Origin: Octopus bimaculoides | Taxonomy: Eukaryota | Assembly (NCBI RefSeq): GCF_001194135.2 | Contig: NC_068998.1 | Span: 23,916,185 to 23,980,184 of the forward strand | Reading direction: 5' to 3' | DNA: 64,000 bases | Part shown: piece after piece, positions 55,724 through 64,000 of the stretch | Layout of the letters: each line of letters begins with the position of its first letter | Numbering within the stretch: position 1 is the stretch's first letter | Translations under genes and position numbers: made by a program | The notes under the pieces: model-generated | Database searches by the model: none | The model's input: only the letters and a program-made list of their open reading frames with translations | What the model was told of the DNA's origin: nothing

Positions 55724-55791
55724 GCAGATGCATTAGTAAGGCAGATGCATAAGTAAGGCAGATGCATTAGTAAGGCAGATGCATTAGTAAG
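55724..55791 (+). repeat. 17-bp tandem repeat x4 (GCAGATGCATTAGTAAG)
   Basis: Four units, one substitution in unit 2. Confidence 0.95.
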
Positions 55792-56757
55792 GCACTATCA
55801 TCATCATCATTATCATCATCGTCAACGTCGTTTAACGTCTGTTTTCCATGCTGGCATGGGTTGGGCGGTTTGACTGAGAACTCGCAGGCACCAAGCTTCA
55901 ATTTGATTTGGCAAGGTTTCTACAGCTGGATGCCCTTCCTAACGCCAACCACTCCAAGAGTGTAATGGGTGCTTTTTACATGCCACCAGCATGGAAGCCA
56001 GTCAGGCAGCACTGGCATTGGCCACACTCAAATGGTGTTATTTGCATGCCATTAGCATGGGTGCCAGTCAAGTGGTACTGGCATCGGCCACGCTCGAATA
56101 GTGCTTTTTATATGCCACCTGATAAGTTACAATACCACCATCATTATTTTCCCATTGTTTGTTTGGAATCTTTATCTCTTTAATTATGTATCAACTGAAG
56201 TAGCTATTTAGTAAGATGCAAAAATATTTGCGTACTTAAATATACAGCCTATGTTAAATACACTAAACAGTTTAAAAACTAAGAAATCAAAACAAAGACA
56301 CATATGGATTAACTTAGTAAATTGTTCCATTCAGTTTTACCTCACGGCCATTGTTTTGCATTTTCTAATTACTCTACTAAAATACCTGTTACAAACCTCC
56401 AAAATTATTTTCCATGGTGGGGGCTTGAACAAGATTTTATTATATGTTTTTATTTTTATATATCTAAGGTTTAAAATTGCCCATGTATACATGACTCGTT
56501 TCTAAATGTCATCAATGTTGTTGGAGGGTTGGGAAAGTGCTGTTGCAGCTTTGCAAAAGCCCGGGACAAACACCAAGAAGCAGCTTGTCTAACTAACCAA
56601 CAACTCTATCACTATGACTTTTTCTTTCATCTATCAATGAGGAAAAAGATGAAAGGCATAGTCTATCTTGGTGTGAATTGAATTCAGAGTGCAGGCTACT
56701 AGAACAAATACAAAACTTCATACCAATGTTGTAATGAATGCAATATTCCATAAGAAG

Positions 56758-56995
56758 AAGGCAGCAACCTAGTAGAATTATTAGAATGCCAGGTGAAATA
56801 CTTAGCGGTATTTTGTTTGCCATTATGTTCTGAGTTCAAATTCCACCGAGGTCAACTTTGCCTTTTATCCTTTCAGGGTCAATTAAATAAGTACCAGTTA
56901 CACACTGGAGTCGATGTAATTGATTTAATCCCTTTGTCTGTCCTTGTTTATTTCTTCTATGTTTAGCCCCTTGTGGGCAATAAAGAAATAAATAT
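56758..56995 (+). mobile_element. SINE family B (longer tail variant)
   Basis: Homologous to 34154-34372. Confidence 0.8.
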
Positions 56996-57749
56996 CTCAT
57001 AAGAAGAATGTCTCCACTTATCAAGCATGGAAAATTGGATGTATTATAGACAATTTATAAAGTATGTCAGCAAAAATAAGGATGTCTTGCTTCTCTTTCA
57101 ACATCTGTATGAATCAATAATTTAAGAATGATGCAGAGCATGGGATTAAATATATGCTATTTAACTTAAGTCTAAATGATTTCAATTACAGAAACCATTG
57201 AGAAAGGAATATGTCTATTTTCAATGTATCTTCACCTATTTTGGAAAAATTACCAAAGAAAATATATAAGAATTCATCTGATCCAAAAACTCTAATCAGA
57301 AAGAAAGAAAAAATTGCAATGATTCTTAAATTACGCAGTAAGCTTTCTTATATTGTTCTATCACTGTTTTCCAACTTTTTTTAAACTTTTTCTCTTCTCA
57401 GAAATACTGGTAAAAATTCATTAATAATTCTAAAAGCGAAAGTATGTTTCTTCTGCTTAATGATGTTGACAGACAGAGATACTATATTAGATAGACTCCT
57501 AATTTCATGTTCATACATTTTGTTCATTCATATATTCTAATTTTATAGCAATTACAGAAAATGCAACTCATACAGTAATGATGTGCATCAGCAGTGCTTA
57601 AACACTGCTATTTTTCAGCTGAACAATTCAATCATTGAAGTAACAGACTATAGTTAAGGTTTTAAAATTATGTATTCAAATGGAAGCATATTAAAACAAT
57701 AACTCAAGAAGAGATACCAGAGTTGAGAATAGCTGTAATGCTTATGTAG

Positions 57750-58090
57750 ATATATGTTGCAGTAATGGTGTTGTGGTAGTTGTGGTGGTGGTAACAATGG
57801 TGACTGTGTTAATGGTGGAGATGATATCAGCACTTGTGTTGTGGTTGTTGTTGTTGTTGATGATGGAGGTTGCAGTGGATATAATACTGTTACCAGTCAT
57901 TATGATGATAATGGCAGAGGTGTTGGTGATGCTAATAATAGTGAGTCTGGTGGTGGCGGTGGTGTTGTTAACAGTAGCAGTAGCTGACCATAGTGATTAT
58001 GGTGGGGATGACAAAGTTGATAGTGATTACAGCAACATGTTTGGCAATAATTTTTTGATAACCATGATAATGACTTTAGTTTAGGTGAAG
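57750..58090 (+). repeat. Degenerate GGT/GAT low-complexity tract
   Basis: Direct reading. Confidence 0.8.
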
Positions 58091-58691
58091 TCCTCAGGCT
58101 TTTAAATTCGAAAAACAGTAAAAAAAGGGGGAAAAAAGCATATTTCAGAAATGAATTGAATTTAAGATTATTCTAATTTAGATAATGCTATTCTAATTAG
58201 AAGGATTCCTTGTATTGAGCCAAGAAGTTGGTGATGGTGGTGGTGGTGGTGGTGGTGGTGGTCCAGTGTTGTTCTACTTCTTGAAATAATGTTTTCTAGA
58301 ATAAGCACAATGCTGAAATTATGAAAGGCATAGTTGCTCTTGGCAGGATTTGAATTAAGATTGTAAAGTGAATTAAACAAATTGCAGAAGGTAATTTTGC
58401 CTTTTTACTCTACAGCTTCTGCCAATCAACTACTATTGAAATAATGTTTGTTTTAAAATATTCAACATAATTAGGTAGTTAGACAATTTACAGTCTTCAT
58501 TAATGGACGAGGGAAGTGGTTGACAAAGGATGAAGTTGCTGTCAAAAAACTGGAGGACAGAGCTACTTTGCAATGAAAGAATAGAGAAAAGTGTTGTCAT
58601 TAAGGTACGTGTGTATAAAGTTAGTTGTCAATGCAATGAGTTTATGAGCAACATTACTGAGAACAGAAGTCAGAACTTGTGATGGGTGATA

Positions 58692-58937
58692 GTAAGGTCC
58701 TTCGAAGTCATAGATTCATAGGTCCAGTTTTATGGTTTCTATGGTGTATATATTCTCCACCTGGACAGGATGCCAGTCCATCATAGGATTACTCATTTTT
58801 GCCAGCTGAGAGTTCTAGAGGAATGTGAAATGAAGTATTTCACTCAAGAATATAACATGTTACCCAGTCCAGGATTTTAAACCACAATCTTACAATCAAG
58901 AGTCCAACACTCTGACCACTAAGCCACGTGCCTCCAC
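58692..58937 (-). mobile_element. tRNA-derived SINE with V-domain-like core
   Basis: Head GGCACGTGGCTTAGTGGTCAG...; body GATGGACTGGCATCCTGTCCAGG resembles the V-SINE motif. Confidence 0.6.
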
Positions 58938-58999
58938 TGTGGTGGGTGGTAGGTTAGAAAACACCAATAAGGGATAGAAATATAATGGTGAGAACATTT

Positions 59000-59370
59000 T
59001 AGAGGAATGTAATCAAAGTTGCTCAGTCTTCTACTGAGTTTGATAGTGTTGATTTTTCAGTGGGAACAACCCTAATTTGTTGTTAGCTGGAAAGACATCT
59101 GGAGAAAAGCTATTCTAGAGAGCTGACATTCTGGAGAGAAAGTTGAGGAGAGTATGAATAATGGCAGGAGGAGAGATGAGTATTTCTGAGTTTTCTGAAT
59201 AGAGGTAGTATACAACTAGTTCATTCGAGGGATCGAATTCTATGGTAGGAGTGATTAGAATATGTAGATAGGGATAACAATATATATATATGCATACCCA
59301 AGGGTTGTAGTGTTGCAAGAAATAATATTGGACCAAAAGATTGATGGCTTACTGTGTATAGGATTCAAAA
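59000..59370 (-). mobile_element. Possible L2/CR1 RT remnant
   Basis: GPILFL...PLG motif only; heavily decayed. Confidence 0.25.
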
Positions 59371-61952
59371 AGTATTGTTACTTCTTACTCAAGCATTAGT
59401 ACTGAAGTTTCCATGGAGATAACATTAAAACAATTCAGCATATGAAACTACATAAGAACAAAATTAGCATAATAGAAGAATCCAATTATACACTAGACTT
59501 AGTCCCCTTGAGACAATCCTGTCAAAAGACAGGATTACCAGGCATAGTATATCTTGGACCTCATGAAGCATATATACTTCCTCTTTATGATAGTGTGGTG
59601 TGATTTGGAGGTAAAGAATTGACTATTACTTCCAGAAGGTTCAGTAAGAATACTAACTCTCATATTTTGATTACCTTAAACAAATGTTGTTATTCAATTT
59701 TAGGTCAGCCTTGATCAATTAGTTCTTTGATCATTGATCTTTCAGACATAAATCTCTTATCTTGTAGATAAATGTATTTAAGATTACATTTAAGTGATAG
59801 TGTATTTAAGACTACATTTTACAATAGGTTTTTCATTATTGTAGACAGTAATATGAAGTTTGAGGATGATAAATTTTGGTAGGTGTTTACTATGGGCCTC
59901 CTCATCAAATTCCCTTAAACAGACTTATTATTTAACATAGATGTGATTTGTTGCCTTTCACAGCTAAACTCAAAATTTAAATTGGGCCATGATTATACAC
60001 AGGATAGTAATTAGCTTTATATACACATTAGGAATCATAGACTTTAAACTGCTAGAATAGAGTTTGACCAAAATTTCTACTACAAACTGATCTCAAATTC
60101 AAACTCACACTAATTACACACTACAGTCTTGAGAAAATGAAGAATCACAAGAATAATGTAGTTTTAAATACATTATTTTTAAATATAAAATAAGAATGTT
60201 GCAGCTGCAATGTCATTGATCATAAAACTGCTTATCAGATGTAGCCTGAAGCTGAACAACAGCACAAGCAACAATGTTGAAGCCATGATCAGTGAACAAC
60301 GTCTACACAGTCACTGAGCCACCCACTAGAAGCAGCAGCTAGCAGCAGACAATGTTTCTTTCTAATCACAGAATACCAGTTCTGAAGAGGAAAGTTATAT
60401 GGCATAATGTGCCTGATGATCAAGAGAAATTGTATTTCAGAAACAAATCATGGGACGATCTCAGTTTGTATGTCTTTCATCATTGGATCTATAATAATCT
60501 GTTAACAAATTCTAAAGTTTACGAACCGTTGTAGTAGTTGTAATTTTAAAGAAAATAGAACACATCTACCCATATATGGACCATAGGTTGGGAGAAAATT
60601 GTTTTTGCTGTTTAGTTTCAAGTAAACCATTTATTTAGCTGACAAATGATTTCAAATATTTCAACTATAACCCTTTAATTCTTTATTCAAGCAAAGTATC
60701 TTGGACTATATTATCTGATATGAACTTCCTTTTCGAGATGGGTATATACTTCAAGGGAGATTTCAATGCTGTTTCCAGAAAGTCGTACAAAATTATGCTC
60801 ACTTCTTCAGATACACATATATGCTCATGAATATATGACAGGTGCAATGCGCAAAATATAAGAAATTGATATGTTGTTTGGAATGTATTTTATTGTGTAG
60901 ATGCTAGCAGCCATGTAGGAATGAAATACTTTCTGCAATCCCTTATACAAATAAACATCTCGGAATGATTATATATTCAGTTGAACTTTAAGAAACAAAG
61001 TGCTATAAATATAGATAAAAATATTTCTCCCTCTGTCCCCCATTCATATATAAATCAATCATTAAATCTAAAGATGGGAGCTTCACATTGAGGAAATTAA
61101 AATCAGATAATTTTCAGTAGAATGTCATGAAAAATTTGAAATAAAAATCTTGAAAATAATGTATATACACATTCTCATAAATATTAATAATGTTGAAAAA
61201 TACATACATACTCACAGATATACACACGAATATATTAATACACTTATAGATATAAATATATGTAAATCTTTGTGTGCGTGTATAATTACTTGCATATGTT
61301 AGCTTTTAGGTATATCTTAAATTAATAGAAGAGGGAAAATATAATCTTTACCAACAAGAGATGTAAGAATCCCAATAAGTTGTATTTGAGTTATATAGAT
61401 TCTCATTCTCTCACTCTTTTCTTCCTATGTTTACATAAGCATGCATTCTCTTTCTTTATCTGCTTCATCTACTCCCCTTTGTCTTTACACACACACACAC
61501 ACACACACATTGGCATATACAATCCTGATTATAAACGTCATTTGTTAACAATTGGATTATATATCATTATGTTTCAATTCTAGATAAGTTATGAACTAAC
61601 AGGTTATATATAAGTTACTATTCCATTTAATTTAGTACACAAGGACAACATATAAGTAACAGAAACAGTTGTTTGAATCATCTCTCCATATATTACTGGT
61701 ATTAATTAAGTACACATTATTTTAATGAAAACTGAAGCCAAAGATCTTTTGAAGAATATGAAACTATATATTACACTTCAGTACATTTGCTACCATAGTA
61801 TTCAGTTAATAACCTGCCTCTTTTAAAGATATATATTAACTGTTTGTCCCAGCTATATTACATATTGTTCTATATTTAAGAGATGAGAAATTACGTACAT
61901 TATTTACATTATTTATATTTGTCGAATATTTATCCTCATCTTGTTTGTTGTT

Positions 61953-61998
61953 AACACAACATTTCAGCAGATATACCCTCCAGCCCTCATCAGATGTC
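61953..61998 (-). ncRNA. Type I minimal hammerhead motif (left arm)
   Basis: GACAU-CUGAUGA-G-GGCUG(loop)CUGCU-GAAA-U-GUU-GUGUU. Intact core, weakened stem II. Confidence 0.65.
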
Positions 61999-62195
61999 TT
62001 GGGAAAATTTTGAACTTGTGTTCTCATTCCTAAGGTATTTGTTGTTGTTGTTGTTGTTATTATTATTCATGTCACTGCTTGGAATCAAGCTCAGAATCTT
62101 GGGGTTAAGAGCACGGGCTACTAACCCCAAGATTCCGAGTTCGATTCCAGGCACTGACTTGAATAATAATACTGATAATAATAAAAAAAATTTTT

Positions 62196-62267
<72 letters not shown>

Positions 62268-62313
62268 TCGAAAAATACCTTAGGATGAGATCCCAGGTTC
62301 GAAATTTCTCCAA

Positions 62314-62359
62314 GACACTTGATGAAGACTGGAGGGTATATCTGCTGAAATGTTGTGTT
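62314..62359 (+). ncRNA. Hammerhead motif remnant (right arm, C3U change)
   Basis: GACAC-UUGAUGA-A-GACUG(loop)CUGCU-GAAA-U-GUU-GUGUU. Confidence 0.55.
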
Positions 62360-62429
62360 AACAAAGATGAGGACAAATATCCGTCAAATGTAAATAATGT
62401 AAATAATATTGCTTTGAAGTTTTTGTGCT

Positions 62430-63215
62430 AGGCCAGCAATATTGGGGGAGGGAAAAGTCAATTAGACTGACCCCAGTGTTCAGCTAGTACTTATTGTATT
62501 GACTCTGAAAGGGTGAAGGGCAAAGCTGGACCTGGCAGAATTTGAACTCAGAATGTAATGACAGATGAAATGTTGCTAAGTATTCTTCGCAGCATGCTAG
62601 TTACTCTGTCAGCATAATAGTCTCAAATTTTGGCACAGAGCCAGTTAGTTTGGGGGAGAGGTGATTGAATTACATTGAGCCTTTTGTTTAGCTGGTACTT
62701 ATTTTATCAACCTTGGAAAGATAAAAGGCAAAGTTGACACTGGCAGAATTTGAACTCAGAATATAAAGACAGATGAAATGCCAGTAAGCATTTTATCTGA
62801 TATGCTAATGATTCTGCTAGCTTGCCATATTCTATTTATATTACATATTAATTAACAATTGAGTCAATGTGTAAATTCGTACATGGTCTCTTGACTTGCT
62901 AGAAATGGTAACCAATTATCCTTCAAATCACATGCATTCTTTTTGAAAAGGTTCCACAAATTCAAACAATGTAATCCAAGTTACACAGTGCGATATGATG
63001 GCTGTGGCTTGAATAGTTTTCATTACAAGTTTATTCAATCTGATAAACAAGAGCAACAAATCCATATGGCTTTCAAATTTTTGCACAAGGCCAGAAAGTT
63101 CCAGGAGGGGATAAGTCAATTGTACTGACTCCAGTGCCCAAGTGGTACTTATTTTATTGACCCCCAAGAAGGATGGAAGGCAAAGTTGACCTTGGCAGAA
63201 TTTGAACACAGAACA
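62430..63215 (-). mobile_element. Cluster of three SINE family B copies (62430-62615, 62640-62822, 63070-63215)
   Basis: Each contains the reverse complement of GAGTTCAAATTC...TTTGCC.TTCATCC...AAGTACCAG. Confidence 0.8.
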
Positions 63216-63285
63216 AAGACAGTAAATTCCTATTAACCATATCCAACATATCATAATACACATATTTTAGTATCATGCATATATA

Positions 63286-63504
63286 TTAACCATATTTAAG
63301 GTGGTAGAGCATTTAAACCGGCCTAATCAAGCCAAAATATTCTACCTGTTTTATATTCAAACTGGCCAGATTCAATGTAATTGTAAAAATAAACAATGAC
63401 GTCATTGAAATTTTGAAGCTCCAAGGTAATACATGATTGCTTCAAAATGATGTGAATAAATAAGCATTACATTTGGTGGATTAATCTGAATGCTAAAGGG
63501 TTAA
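63286..63504. mobile_element. piggyBac-like MITE
   Basis: Right end AATGCTAAAGGG|TTAA; left end TTAA|CC...AGCATT is disrupted. Confidence 0.55.
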
Positions 63505-63694
63505 GCTGCGGGAGAAAGTGGTGCATGGTACTTACATCCTTTTGAATTTTAAGTACAAATCCTGCTATGGACGAATTTGCTTTCAAGTTTCCCGAGTCAA
63601 TAACATAGAAATACCACTCTAGTACTGAGATCAATCTGACTGACTGTTCCCTTTCCAGGATTTTCTAGATAGATGCAGACATAACTCTCTGTTA

Positions 63695-63830
63695 AGAAGT
63701 TTGTTTCCCAGTCACATGGTTCTGGGTTCAGTCCCACTGCATGAAATCTTGGTCAGCTGTCTCCAACTATAGGCTTGAGTCAACCAAAGCCTTGGGAGTG
63801 GATTTCATAGGGGGAAACTGAACGAAGCCG
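63695..63830 (+). mobile_element. SINE family A head
   Basis: GGTTCTGGGTTCAGTCCCACTGC...GGAAACTGAA.GAAGCC. Confidence 0.75.
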
Positions 63831-63852
63831 ATTTTTGACACATGAAATACAC

Positions 63853-64000
63853 GATTTTGAGCGTGGCCGTTGCCAGTACCGCCTGACTGGCCTTCGTAGG
63901 ATTTTCGAGCGAGATCGTTGCCAGTGCCGCCTGGCTGGCCTTCGTGGGATTTTTGAGCGAGATCCTTGCCCGTGCCCCTGGACTGGCTCTTGTGCGGGTG
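63853..64000 (+). repeat. 47-48 bp tandem subunits (x3, running off the window) of family E
   Basis: GATTTT.GAGCG....TTGCC.GT.CC.C.TG.CTGGC units begin at 63853, 63900 and 63948. Confidence 0.85.

Larger units (their letters stand above)
61899..62407. mobile_element. Palindromic head-to-head dimer of a tRNA-headed, HHR-tailed element (family H3)
   Basis: Arms 61899-62107 and 62122-62407 are reverse complements around a 14-nt loop. Each arm has a tRNA B-box-like GAGTTCGATTCC-type segment, (AAT)n and an HHR-containing tail. Confidence 0.9.

Noticed and set aside
63853-64000. CRISPR-like array (also 55724-55791)
   Set aside because: Adjacent tandem units without unique spacers; eukaryotic context; no cas genes.

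Overview
AT-rich, repeat-dense animal genomic DNA. The tRNA-derived SINE families, dense (CA)/(AT)/(AAT) microsatellites and N gaps suggest an Octopus-type cephalopod draft assembly (inference). No rRNA, genuine tRNA gene or CRISPR array is present. Most recognisable sequence is decayed mobile DNA: Penelope-like (PLE) RT, R4/Dong RLE-type LINE pieces, L1/Tx1 pieces, Tc1, mariner and maT transposons, a complete Chapaev3 element with TAA TSD, MITEs and several SINE families. Two long non-repeat ORFs (729-1526, 31220-31768) are probably host exons that I cannot name. The most notable signal is five hammerhead ribozyme (HHR) motifs of minimal type I architecture, belonging to three different small element families (17.5 kb, 45.8/47.1 kb, 62.0/62.3 kb). 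They sit in fold-back or inverted structures and abut (TA)n or (TAA)n tracts, and one family carries a shared non-canonical CUGUUGA core. Also notable are a 360-bp inverted templated-looking insertion inside a maT transposon and an apparent CpG-depletion boundary near 24-28 kb.
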